Source of the DNA: Candidatus Krumholzibacteriia bacterium
GTDB taxonomy: Bacteria; Krumholzibacteriota; Krumholzibacteriia; LZORAL124-64-63
Length of the DNA stretch: 64,000 nt
Reading direction: 5' to 3'
Assembly: GCA_041390065.1 (NCBI GenBank)
Contig: JAWKQQ010000022.1
Span: 3,192 to 67,191, forward strand
A model generated the notes under the pieces. It was not told the origin of the DNA. It was given only the letters and a program-made list of their open reading frames with translations, and did not search any database. Positions 13,723-26,439 of the stretch are shown here, piece by piece (the stretch's first letter is position 1; each line of letters begins with the position of its first letter). The position numbers and the translations under genes were made by a program.

Positions 13723-14398
13723 TCGGAGATCACGCCGTCAACGGACGTCAGGTGCTCGTCATCGACATCGGCGGCTCGCACGTCAAGGTGATGCACTCCG
13801 GCGATCCGGAGGAGCGGAAGGCCGCATCCGGTCGGTCGCTGACGGCCGCGCAGATGGTGGCTGCGGTGCAGGCCATGACCGCCGATTGGTCCTACGACGT
13901 GATCGCCATGGGGTATCCGGGCCCTGTGCTGCACGGCAGGATCGTGCGGCCGCCGCACAACCTCGGATCCGGCTGGGTGGGATTCGACTTCGCCGCCGCG
14001 TTCGGCAAGCCCGTCCGGATCATCAACGACGCCGCCATGCAGGCCCTCGGCAGCGACGAGGGCGGCACGATGCTCTTCCTGGGCCTGGGGACCGGCCTGG
14101 GGACGGCCCTGGTCCAGGATGGCCACGTGCAGCAGCTGGAGCTCGGGCACCTGCCCTACCGCAAGGGGCGCACCTACGAGGACTACGTGGGCGAGGCCGG
14201 GCTGAAGCGCCTGGGGCGCAAGAAGTGGCGCAAGCGCGTGGCCGAGGTGGTGGCCGAGTTGCAGGCCGCCCTCGAGCCGGACTACGTCGTCCTCGGCGGC
14301 GGCAACGCCCGGCTGCTGGAGGCGTTGCCGCCCGGCTCCGCCTGGGCGACAACGCCAACGCGTTCGCGGGGGGCTTCCGGCTGTGGCGCGACGGCTGA
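13719..14398 (+). CDS. ROK-family (polyphosphate/ATP) glucokinase, frame broken once near 14338
   Basis: The ATG at 13719 overlaps the rpiA stop. LVIDIGGSHVKV ... IINDAAMQALG ... FLGLGTGLGTAL ... ELGHLPY ... PDYVVLGGGNA are present. The natural C-terminus RLGDNANAFAGGFRLWRDG* lies in the frame of track ORF 13886..14398, which implies one missing base in a C-run near 14338. Confidence 0.8.
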
Positions 14399-14516
14399 TG
14401 CCGGCCGCTTGACACCCGCCACCGGGATCCACTACGGTGCGGCCACGGGATCGGCGCCTGCCTCGCCCCGCAGCGGTGCCTCGCACCTGCAGCGCCCCCG
14501 GGGAGCACTGCACATC

Positions 14517-15661
14517 ATGCACGATCGGCAGCAGACCCACTTCGCGCCGGCCGAGCGCAAGTCACCCGACGCTCTCCGTCGTGATGTCGCCGCCGTGGCC
14601 GCCAGCCCGGTCGTCGAGGCCATGCTGCAGGCATGCGGCGGGCTGGTGGCCGTCCTCAACGTCGAGCGGCAGGTGGTCGCCCTCAACCATGCGCTGCTCG
14701 ACACGCTCGGCGTGCAGGATCCGGCGCGGTGCTCGGCCTCCGGCTGGGCGAAGCGCTGCAGTGCATCCATCGCGACGACGTGGCGTCCGGCTGCGGTTGC
14801 AGCGAGGTCTGCCGCACCTGCGGGGCGGCGATCGCCATCGTGGCGGCCCTCGACCGCGGGCGGTCGCAGGAGCAGGACTGCCACGTCAGCGCCGTACGTG
14901 ACGGACAGACGCTCGACCTCACCTTCCGCGTCAAAGCCGTCCCCATCCATCTCGCGGGCCAGGATTTCGTGCTGGTGTTCCTGCAGGACGTCACCTTGAA
15001 CCGGCTGCAGGCCGAACTGTCGCGGGTCTTCTTCCACGATGTCGCCAACCTGGTACAGGCGCTGCAGGGCGCCTGCGACATGTTGCCGGACGCGAGCCCC
15101 GGCGAGCGTGCGGTGCTCACCAAGCGGGCCGGCTCCCTGGTGCGGCGGCTGGCCCGAGAGATCACGATCCAGCGCGCGCTGGCCGACACCGACGGCACGA
15201 CCATTCCCGTGCACATGACGACGCTCGCCGCCGTCGCCGTGCTCGACGAGGTGCGCCTGCGGTTCGCCGACCACCCGCTGGCGTTCGGCAAGATCCTTGC
15301 CGTGACGCCGCCGGACGCCGATTGGCACGTGGTCAGCGACCGCTCGCTGCTCGTGCGGGTTCTGGGCAACATGGTGGCCAACGCCCTGGAGGCCACCCGT
15401 CGCGGTGGGACCGTGCACCTGTGGTGCCAGCGGACGGGCGGCCGGATCCGGTTCTGCGTCCACAACGACGGCGCCATGCCCCGCGACGTCGCCTTGCGCG
15501 TCTTCCAGCGGCGCTTCACCACCAAGGACGGGCTCGGCCGCGGCCTGGGGACGTTCGCCATGAAGCTGCTGGGGGAGCGCCATCTCGGCGGGACGGTGGA
15601 TTTCGAGTCGGATCCAACGACGGGGACGGTCTTCCGGATCGCGTTGCCGTCCGGCGGCTAG
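14517..15661 (+). CDS. Cytoplasmic sensor histidine kinase with N-terminal Cys-cluster sensor, frame broken once near 14726
   Basis: The N-terminus is in the 13719 frame (MHDRQQTHFAPAERKSPDALRR...VVALNHALLDTLGVQDPA). It continues in track ORF 14633..15661 (VLGLRLGEALQCIHRDDVASGCGCSEVCRTCGAAIAIV ... H-box FFHDVANLVQAL ... N-box LGNMVANALEAT ... G-boxes DGLGRGLG, GGTVDFESD). Confidence 0.8.
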
Positions 15662-15666
15662 CCGGC

Positions 15667-16056
15667 TCAGAAATCGAGGTCGCCGTCGCGTCGCTCGACC
15701 CCGAGCCATCGGTACGCGGGCTCGGCGCTCGTGAAGATCTCCACCGTGATGCCGTCCGGCAGCCAGTTCTTCCACAGCAGCAGGATGGCCGTGGGGTGCG
15801 GATCGACCACGATCTCGGCGTGGCGGGCGCCGGCGTACTCGTCTTCCGGGAGGTCCGCCTCGTAGGCCCTGAGGGTCTCGATGTCGAAATCGAACCGGGC
15901 GCGCCGGAAGTCGGTCAGCGTGTTGGCCACCCGGCGCGGGACTCCGGCCCGGCGGCGTTCCTCGCGCAGGTCCTTGATGTCCTCGATGCCCACGTGGCCC
16001 TCGCCGATGTGGATCAGCAGGTCGCGTTCGACGTCGTAGCGAAAGCGGATGGGCAT
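15667..16056 (-). CDS. Small conserved hypothetical protein, paralog A (possible STAS/SpoIIAA-like fold)
   Basis: This is the last 129 codons of track ORF 15667..18105, with ATG at 16056. MPIRFRYDVERDLLIHIGEGHV...DPHPTAILLLWKNWLP...AYRWLGVERRDGDLDF. It is about 60 percent identical, by hand alignment, to ORF 18715..19104. Confidence 0.7.
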   Translation of the reverse strand: MPIRFRYDVERDLLIHIGEGHVGIEDIKDLREERRRAGVPRRVANTLTDFRRARFDFDIETLRAYEADLPEDEYAGARHAEIVVDPHPTAILLLWKNWLPDGITVEIFTSAEPAYRWLGVERRDGDLDF

Positions 16057-16305
16057 GGCACACTCCCGGAATCCGTTCCAAGAACCACGCCGCGGCGCCT
16101 CCCGGACGCCGGCGATTCGCCTGGTCATGGTGGGGGAAGCCCGTCGGCGATGCAACCCTGGAATTGGGCGGTACGCGAGCCCGATGCTCGGGCGCCCGCG
16201 CCCCCACCGTGGTATCTTCTGGGCCCGGGGCCTGGGCCGTTGCCGCCGGACCCGCCGCGGCTCGCCTGGTTGTGGCGAGACGTTCGCTTCCCTGAAGGAG
16301 TACAG

Positions 16306-18687
16306 GTGACCTCGATCCCGACGAAGCTGGTCTCTGCCCGGGGCTGGAGCCGCAGGTTGCCGATGACGTGCGTCCTGGCGACCGGGATCGTGGTCGTCGC
16401 CATCCTGAACGGCACGCTGCGCCACCCCTTGCCGGCGGAGAGTCTCGAGCGCTGGGGTTTCGGCCTGCGCGACCTGATCCACGGTGACCTGTGGCGGTTG
16501 GCCACGGCGCCCTGGCTGATCCTGCGGCCGGTCATGGCCCTGACGATCGTGGCCTCCGTGCTCTTCTGCTGTGGGATCGCGGAGTGGCTGGCCGGAACGC
16601 GCCGGGCGTTGATCGCGGCTGTCCTCGGACACGTCGCCGGCTACGTGCTGGCGCCCCTGCTTCTGACCGGACTGGGAGCGGTCGGCGTGGACGCCGCGGC
16701 CCGCATGGCCGCCATGCGGGATGTCGGCGCCTCGAACGCCGTGTTCGGCGCCGCGGGGCTGGCGGTGGCCTGGCTGCCGCGGCTCGTCCGCCGGCGCGCG
16801 CTGCTGGCGGTGAGCGGCTTCCTGGTCGTGGCCCTGGTGGTCTCCTCGCGGCGCTGGGACGTCGAGCACGCGATCGCGTTTCCCATGGGGTATGCGTGCG
16901 GTCTGGCGATGCTGCGCGTGAGCGGCGCGGTCGGCAGCGCGACCAGGCGGCGGCCGGAACGGCATCAGCGACCGCTGCTGATCGCCTGGGTGGTGACGAT
17001 CGCCGGCCTGGTGAACGTGCTGAGCGCGTTGTCCCACCACCACGCCCCGTCGTTGATCCAGCTCGAAGCGTGGCTCCCGATCGTGGCCGGCCAGCCGCCG
17101 CGGATGCTCGTCCTGGCGAGCGGTCTGGCCTTGCTCTTGCTCGCGCCCGCCATCGCGCGGCGTCGGCGAGCCGCCTGGACCGTCGCGGTGTTGCTGCTGG
17201 TGGGCGGTTTCCTCCTGCACCTGCCCTGGCAGGCGCATCGGATCGAGGCCCTGCTGACGCTCGGCCAGCTCGGGGTCTTGCTGATCTGGGCTCCGGTCTT
17301 CTCGGTGCCCTCCGACCTGGCCGCCGTGCGGCGCGGTCGTCTGCTGCTGCTGGCGGTCCTGATCGCATTGCCCGTGCTCGGCGTGCCGGGTGTCTGGCTG
17401 ACGCGATCCGGCTTCGCCGGCGCGGTCGACCTCGAGAGCGCCGTGCGGGAAGTGGGGGCGAGCCTCGTCTTCGCCCAGCATGAACGTCTGGTGCCGGAGA
17501 GCCTGCTCGCGCGCGGCGTCGTGGTGGCGATTCCCCTGGTCGGCTGGGCCGGCGTGCTGGCGGCGCTCGCGCTGATCCTGAAGGGCGTCTCGGCCCGGCC
17601 GCGGTCCCGGTCGGACGAGGAACGGGCCCGCAGCCTGGTGATGGAATACGGTGAGACCGGCACCGCCTACATGACGCTCTGGCCAGGCAACTCGTTCGCG
17701 TTCGACCCGCGCCAGCGCAGCTTCGTCGCCTACCGGGTCGCCTCCGAGGTCGCCGTGGTGCTCGGCGAGCCGGTCGGCGCTCCGGACGCCCGCGCGGGGA
17801 TGATCGTCGACTTCGCCGCGTTCGCGTCGGCGCACGGCTGGGACCACGTCTTCTACGCCGTGACGGCAGCCAGTCGGGACATGTTCATGGCCGCGGGCTA
17901 CGACCTCATCCAGATCGGCGAGGAGGCCGTGATCCCCCTTGGCCAGCTGGCCTTCAAGGGCAAGGAATGGCAGGACATCCGCTCCGCGGTCAATCGGGCC
18001 GGGCGCGAGGGCCTCAGCTTCGCCTTCTACGAGGGCGGCTCCGTTCCGGCGGCGATCCGTCGTCAGTTCGACGAGATCAGCGCCGAATGGGAAGCGAGCC
18101 AGCACCTGCCGCCCATGGAGTTCACGCTCGGTCGGACGGCCGACGTGGATGATCCGGAGGTCTACGTCGCGGCCGCGGTCGACGCCACCGGTCGCGTCCA
18201 GGCCTTCGTGGACTGGCTGCCGGTTCCGGCGCGACGAGGCTGGGTCATCGATCTGATGCGGCGGCGCGACGATGCCCTAGGTGGAATCATGGACTTCCTC
18301 ATCGGCATGTCGCTGCTCGCCTTCCAGGAACGTGGCCAGAGCCAGGCGAGCCTGGCCACCGCCCCGCTGGCCGCCCGGGAGCGTGAAGGCACCGAATCAC
18401 CGCTGGCCCGTCTGCTCGACTTCGTCTACCGGAACTTCGACGCCTTCTACCATTTCCAGACGCTCTTCCGGTTCAAGCAGAAGTTCCAGCCGCGTTGGGA
18501 GCCCATCTACCTCGCCTACCGTGGCGAGGACGCCCTGCTGCGGGCGACCCAGGCGATCGCGCGGGCGCATCTGCCGGACCTGAATCTCGTGACGATCGCC
18601 CGGGCCGTGAGCCGGGCCGTCGGCGAGCGATGGCAACCGGAGGTCGGGAAGCCCGGGGGCACCGACGCGGACCGCGCGCCGTCCTGA
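16306..18687 (+). CDS. Membrane fusion protein: rhomboid-like N-terminal domain, polytopic middle, and aminoacyl-phosphatidylglycerol synthase C-terminal domain (MprF/DUF2156-like)
   Basis: In frame with track ORF 15322..18687. GTG at 16306 lies 5 nt after GAAGGAG. Rhomboid-like motifs: DLWRLATAPW, GASNAVFGAAG, EHAIAFPMGYACG. The C-terminus is colinear with MprF synthase domains (VAYRVASEVAVVLGEPVG ... FKGKEWQDIRSAVNR ... WVIDLMRRR ... FYHFQTLFRFKQKFQPRWEPIYLAY). Confidence 0.75.
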   Translation: MTSIPTKLVSARGWSRRLPMTCVLATGIVVVAILNGTLRHPLPAESLERWGFGLRDLIHGDLWRLATAPWLILRPVMALTIVASVLFCCGIAEWLAGTRRALIAAVLGHVAGYVLAPLLLTGLGAVGVDAAARMAAMRDVGASNAVFGAAGLAVAWLPRLVRRRALLAVSGFLVVALVVSSRRWDVEHAIAFPMGYACGLAMLRVSGAVGSATRRRPERHQRPLLIAWVVTIAGLVNVLSALSHHHAPSLIQLEAWLPIVAGQPPRMLVLASGLALLLLAPAIARRRRAAWTVAVLLLVGGFLLHLPWQAHRIEALLTLGQLGVLLIWAPVFSVPSDLAAVRRGRLLLLAVLIALPVLGVPGVWLTRSGFAGAVDLESAVREVGASLVFAQHERLVPESLLARGVVVAIPLVGWAGVLAALALILKGVSARPRSRSDEERARSLVMEYGETGTAYMTLWPGNSFAFDPRQRSFVAYRVASEVAVVLGEPVGAPDARAGMIVDFAAFASAHGWDHVFYAVTAASRDMFMAAGYDLIQIGEEAVIPLGQLAFKGKEWQDIRSAVNRAGREGLSFAFYEGGSVPAAIRRQFDEISAEWEASQHLPPMEFTLGRTADVDDPEVYVAAAVDATGRVQAFVDWLPVPARRGWVIDLMRRRDDALGGIMDFLIGMSLLAFQERGQSQASLATAPLAAREREGTESPLARLLDFVYRNFDAFYHFQTLFRFKQKFQPRWEPIYLAYRGEDALLRATQAIARAHLPDLNLVTIARAVSRAVGERWQPEVGKPGGTDADRAPS

Positions 18688-18714
18688 GCCGCGGACGGCC
18701 GTCGGCAGCGGAGC

Positions 18715-19104
18715 TCAGAACTCCAGGTCGCCGTCCCGCGGCTCGACGCCGAGCCAGGCGTACGCGGCCGGCACCGTCGAGAACACCTCCACCACCACGC
18801 CTGCGGGCAGCCACGTCTTCCAGAGCAGCAGGATCGCGGTGGGGTGGGGGTCGTCCACCAGCTCGGCGTGGCGCGTGCCTCCGTAGTGGTCGCTGGAGCG
18901 GCCCTGCTCGTTGGCCTTCAGCGCGGCGGGGTCGAACGCGAAATGGGCGCGGCGCATGTCGGTCAGCGTGTGCGCCACGCTGGCGGGAACGCCGGCCTCG
19001 CGGCGTTCGCGGCGGAGCGCCTCGATCTCCTCGATGGTGACCGCGCCCTCGCCGACGTGGATCAGGAGGTCGCGGTCGGGATGGTAGCGGAAGCGGATGG
19101 GCAT
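18715..19104 (-). CDS. Small conserved hypothetical protein, paralog B (possible STAS/SpoIIAA-like fold)
   Basis: Track ORF of 129 aa. MPIRFRYHPDRDLLIHVGEGAV...DPHPTAILLLWKTWLP...AYAWLGVEPRDGDLEF. Confidence 0.7.
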   Translation of the reverse strand: MPIRFRYHPDRDLLIHVGEGAVTIEEIEALRRERREAGVPASVAHTLTDMRRAHFAFDPAALKANEQGRSSDHYGGTRHAELVDDPHPTAILLLWKTWLPAGVVVEVFSTVPAAYAWLGVEPRDGDLEF

Positions 19105-19189
19105 GGGCTGCCTCCGGGAACCGGACCCACCGTGGTGCCGACGAACGCTGCAATATCGGCTCGCGAACGGCGCCGCTCAACCGGAGATT

Positions 19190-22409
<3,220 letters not shown>

Positions 22410-22423
<14 letters not shown>

Positions 22424-23568
22424 GGGCAGTCTTCCTCGTGGTGTCGATGAGCTCGATGAATCGGTCGAAGAGGTGGTCGGAATCGTGAGGGCCGGGGCTC
22501 GACTCGGGGTGGTACTGCACCGAGAACGCGCGCAGGGCCGGCGCCGCTGACGCCCTCGCAGCGGCAGCCGTCGTTGAGGCTCACGTGGGTGACGCGGGCG
22601 GCGTGGCAGGCGGGAAGCCAGCCTCGACGCGGCGAACCCGTGATTGTGGGCGGAGATCATGACGGCCGGTGTCCAGCTCGCTGCAGGTGGTTGCCGCCGC
22701 GATGGCAGGCTTCAGCCGGTAGGTGCGCGCGCCCAGAGGCCCAGGCCGGATCTGGCCGAGACAGATGCCGAAGATGGGCACCCGGCCGAGCAGCGCCTCG
22801 ACCGTGGCGGTGAGGTCGGCGACGGCGGCGGGGTCGCCGGGGCCGTTGCTGAGGTACGCCGTCGGGAGCGAGGGCGAGGACCTCGACGGCCGGGAGTGGT
22901 CGCCGGAACCCACCGTCAGGCGGCAGCCGCGGGCCGCGGGTGACGCAGGATGATGTGGCGCTTGACCCCGCCGTCCAGCACGACCACGTGGCGATGGGGC
23001 GGGTCGATCCGGCCGCCGGGGTCCTGGGGCTGCCACCAGCGCGCGCCGTCGCCCCAGGGATAGGGTTCGGCGGTGGTGACCTCGCGGGCCAGGTTGCGGC
23101 CGTTCATGTCGGGCGGGGCCCGAGCGGCGGTCTGCAGGGCGTCCGGGTCCAGGTCCGCGCCGGCCGCCATGGCGCCGCGCAAGGAGCCGTGCTCGCGCAG
23201 ATGGAGCACCAGGGCCCGGGTGTCGAGGCCCGTGAGGCAGGGGACCTCCTGGGCCGCCAGCCACGAGGGGAGATCCTGCTCGGCGCGCCAGCTGCTCGCC
23301 AAGGGGCTGAGGCTGCGGCAGATCAGGCCCGCGGCCCGGATGCGGCCGCTCTCGTCGTCCAGGTCGCAGACGCCCGTGTTGCCGATGTGGGGCATGGTCA
23401 GGGTGACGAACTGTCCGTGGTAGCTGGGGTCGGTGAGGATCTCCTGGTAGCCGGTGAGGCTGGTGTTGAAGACGACCTCGGCGGCGGCGAGTGCGAACGG
23501 GCGGGGGCGCGCGCGGAAAAAACGCGCCCGTCTTCGAGGACGAGCAGCGCCGGCGTGTTCAGGCTCAT
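22410..23568 (-). pseudogene. carA: Carbamoyl-phosphate synthase small subunit, fragmented by many frame breaks
   Basis: CarA-colinear pieces are scattered over all three minus frames: [17 protein letters not shown] | [43 protein letters not shown] ... [16 protein letters not shown] | RGCRLTV | VPATTP | [12 protein letters not shown] | [11 protein letters not shown]...PIFGICLG | HRGGNH | ISAHNHGFA | VTHVSLNDG | [30 protein letters not shown]...AHAQA*. The stop overlaps the carB start. Confidence 0.85.
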
Positions 23569-23671
23569 GCGGGGGCTCCCGGTCGGGGGGCAGTGGGTGA
23601 CCGGGAGGGCATGTTAACCAGGATGACGGCGGTCGTCTAGATGTTAATTGGCTGGCGGGGTCGCCGGGCCG

Positions 23672-24117
23672 TCAGCCGCGCTTGATCGCGTTGACCAGCT
23701 GGTCGAGCTGTTGCAGGAACAGCGAGCGATCCTTCTTCTCGAACGGTGCCGGGCACGCCCATCATGATCCCCCTGGTCGCGCAGCTGCTGCGCGGCTGCC
23801 GCAGGCCGCCCACGTTCTCGCGGGTGAACGGGCGGCCCTTGTGTCCAGCGTGGGCGCCCTCGTCGAGGCAGCGGGCGGCCAGGGGGATGTCGCCGGTGAT
23901 GACGATGTCGTCCTTCGCGACCCGTTCGACGATCACGTCGTCGGCCTCGTCGAGGCCCTGATCCACCACCACCAGCTCGAGCCACGGCCCGCTCGGCACA
24001 CGCATGAAGCTGTTGGCCACGAGGGTGACCTGCAGGCCGTAGCGCTGGGCGACCCGGTAGACCTCGTCCTTGACGGGGCAGGCGTCGGCATCGACGCTGT
24101 AGACGTGCCTGCAGCAC
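23672..24117 (-). pseudogene. yaiI: YaiI/YqxD (UPF0178, DUF188) family protein with several frame breaks
   Basis: VYSVDADACPVKDEVYRVAQRYGLQVTLVANSFMRVP...ADDVIVERVAKDDIVITGDIPLAARCL (partly track ORF 23637..24020). The C-terminus PAPFEKKDRSLFLQQLDQLVNAIKRG* is found in another frame, ending at 23672. Confidence 0.75.
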
Positions 24118-24119
24118 GG

Positions 24120-24764
24120 CTAGCCGCGCCAGGGCAGCTCGGCCAGCTTGTTGCGCAGCTTGGATCTTGCGCCGGTGAAGGAGGCGCGCACGGCGCGGGC
24201 CCAGACCCCGTCGTCGAACCGGCGGTCCACCAGCACCTCGCCGTCGACGCCCACGTAGCCGAGCCAGAGGGTGTCGCCGTCGATCCGGTAGAGCAGCTGG
24301 TCGCCGCGCGGACGCCACGCTCGGCGTACGGGGCCATGGCCGCGCGGTAGGCCTCGGCCACGCCGGCGGGCCTCGACTTCGGTCAGCTCGTCCGCTTCGA
24401 CGGCGCGCTGCATGTTGCCCAGCGCGCCCTTGAAAGCGGCCGTGGTCGTGTCGCGGCGGAAGGTCGACCACGGTGACGATCGGGTCGCCGGACTGGAGGA
24501 TGGCCGCGGCCCGCTTGCGGCGGTCGTCGTTCGCTTGCCCTCGGCCACGAGGGGCTCTCCATGGCCGCAGCGCGCCAGGCCAGCACTCGGCATCGGCCAC
24601 GTGCTGATGCTCATGAACGTGACCTCGAGGAAGCCCATGGGCCCGCCGGGGCCCTCGCCGAGGCCGGCGGTCAGTCGGCCAACCTCGTCTGCCGTGGGCT
24701 GGGCGGCGGCCGTCATCGGCAGGCCGACGACCAGGCAACCGAGCAGGATCATGCGAAGCATCAT
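24120..24764 (-). pseudogene. Secreted hypothetical protein, frame-broken
   Basis: Signal peptide MMLRMILLGCLVVGLPMTAAAQ (Met41 of track ORF 24120..24884). The plausible continuation switches between three frames (AFKGALGNMQRAVEADELTEVEARR | AEAYRAAMAPYAERG | DQLLYRIDGDTLWLGYVGVDGEVLVDRRFDDGVWARAV). No family was recognised. Confidence 0.4.
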
Positions 24765-25115
24765 GGGCCTTCCGTCGGGTTGTACGTCCGCGCGGGGGGC
24801 GGGTGCCACCTGGCCCGGACGCGGACCCTTCTCCGCCGACCCCGGATCAGGCAAGATCATCACCGGAACGGATCGGGGACCCATTCCCCGGCATCCTAAA
24901 CGATCTGGTCTGGAGGGGAATCACGATGTGGATGCCGACGCTGGCCGGTGGGCTCATGGTGGCCGCCGCGACTCCGCACGCCGTGCCCAGGGCGATCGCG
25001 CCCACCCAGGTCGTCGCCCGAGATCCCTGCCGCGCGATCGACCGACGGCGATACGGCCCGCGGAGGCGGGCCGGGCGGATCCGAGGGTCGACGATCGCTC
25101 CGACGGGGCGCCGGA

Positions 25116-26329
25116 TCACTTCGCCAGCATCATCCGGCCGCTCTGCACGCCCTCGTCCAGGGTCACGCGGTAGAGGTAGATCCCCGAAGGCGAGGCCGTC
25201 GCCGTTCCAGGGCAACCGGTCCTCGCCGCCGCCGCCGTGAACGCCTGCCGCGCGACCTGCCGGCCCCGCACGTCGAACGCATCGAGCAGGCCGCGCCCGC
25301 CCGCTCGCTGCAGGAAGCGGATGACGGTGGCGGATTGAACGGGTTGGGCGCGTTGCCCAGCAGGGCGAACGTCGCCGACGCGGGCAGCACCGGCGTGGTG
25401 CCCTGCTCGTCCATGTCCCAGTTGTCGCCGTCGACCACGTAGGTCTGGTAGCCGGTGGTCTGGATGACCACGTGGCCGTTGGCCACGCTCAGGTTCGACG
25501 CCGGCAGCACGTAGCCGCTGCCGGGCGTGGTCTGGTAGACGAAGATGTCGCGGGCGAGCATGCGCTCGAGCGGCTCCTGGTGGGGATGGCCGTAGCTGTT
25601 GGGCGTGCCGACGGAGATCACCGCCACCTCGGGCGTCGTCGCGTTCAGGAAACTGGCGTTGCTGCTCGTGTTGCTGCCGTGGTGGTTGACGTGATAGACC
25701 TCGAGGTCCGCCTTGCCCATGGCCACGAGGTCCTGGGCGATCGACGTCTCGATGTCCTTGTGGCCGCCGTCGTTGGTGCCGATGAGGTCGCCGGCCTGGA
25801 CGTAGTCGAAGTCGCCGCACTCCACGAGCAAGGCCACGCAATACTCGTTCTCGTAGGTGCTGTTGGTGTAGGGCGACCCCAGCTGGCCGTTGCCGTTGAG
25901 GCCGAGGCAGGTCACGGTCACGCCGTCGCCGAGGTCGAAGACCTGGCCGTCGACGAGGGTGTACCGGTTGCCCGCCGTGGCGCTGGCGTAGTCGCTGTAG
26001 GTGACGGTGGTGTAGGTCCAGCCACGGTCCCAGACGCCGAAGACGGCACCGGTCTGACTGTAGACCTCGTCGAGACCGCCGATGTGGTCGGAGTGGTAGT
26101 GGCTGGCCACGATGTAGTCGAGGCTGGTGATGCCCTGGCTGGCGAGGTAGGGCAGCACAACGCCGTTGCCCTTGCCGTTCTCGCCGCCGTCGAACAGCAG
26201 GGTCATCCCGCTGGAGGAGCGGATGAGGGTGGCGTCGCCCTGGCCGACGTTGAGCACGGTGATGGTGACCCCGGCCGAGGCCCCGGTGGCCAGTCCGAGC
26301 AGGAGCCAGACGGCGAACAGTCGACGCAT
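25116..26329 (-). CDS. Secreted MBL-fold metallo-hydrolase (ComEC-type lactamase domain) with FlgD-Ig/T9SS-like C-terminal domain; the C-terminal domain is frame-broken
   Basis: Track ORF 25163..26329. Signal peptide, then VLNVGQGDATLI, ASHYHSDHIGG and VNHHGS. After NAPNPFNP the sorting domain continues in other frames (ATVIRF...FDVRGRQV...SGIYLYRVTLDEGVQSGRMMLAK*), ending at 25116. Confidence 0.75.
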
Positions 26330-26383
26330 GTGCCACCTCGTTGAGGAGATCAGTCCGGAATTCGATCCGGCAAATATGATAAC

Positions 26384-26416
26384 AAAAAGTCGGCCGCCGG
26401 GAAAGGGCGGCCGACT
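26384..26416 (-). terminator. Rho-independent terminator of citrate synthase
   Basis: On the minus strand: AGTCGGCCGCC, a loop, GGCGGCCGACT (11-bp perfect stem), then TTTTT. It starts about 24 nt after the gltA stop, in an AT-richer gap. Confidence 0.8.
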
Positions 26417-26439
26417 CTTCGTTACGGAAAACCTTCAGA

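Noticed and set aside
15322-18687. 5-prime extended versions of real genes in the track: 15322..18687, 3236..4525, 11230..13722, 28740..30551, 32512..34491, 42080..43573 and 47596..50262.
   Set aside because: The N-terminal extensions overlap neighbouring well-supported genes and look like shadow frames. Internal starts with Shine-Dalgarno sequences and signal peptides give sensible proteins.
15667-19104. The two 390-bp paralogous genes as boundaries of a composite transposon or genomic island.
   Set aside because: There is no transposase, integrase or tRNA, and no compositional shift. The repeats are diverged coding genes rather than IS ends.
24765-25115. Candidate small genes in the 351-bp gap. 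Examples are a plus-strand ATG at about 24927 after GGAGGGG, and a minus-strand hydrophobic segment WVGAIALGTACGVAAATM.
   Set aside because: The translations turn into Arg-rich nonsense within about 25 codons. The region lies in an indel-dense island, so no frame can be trusted and it is left unannotated.
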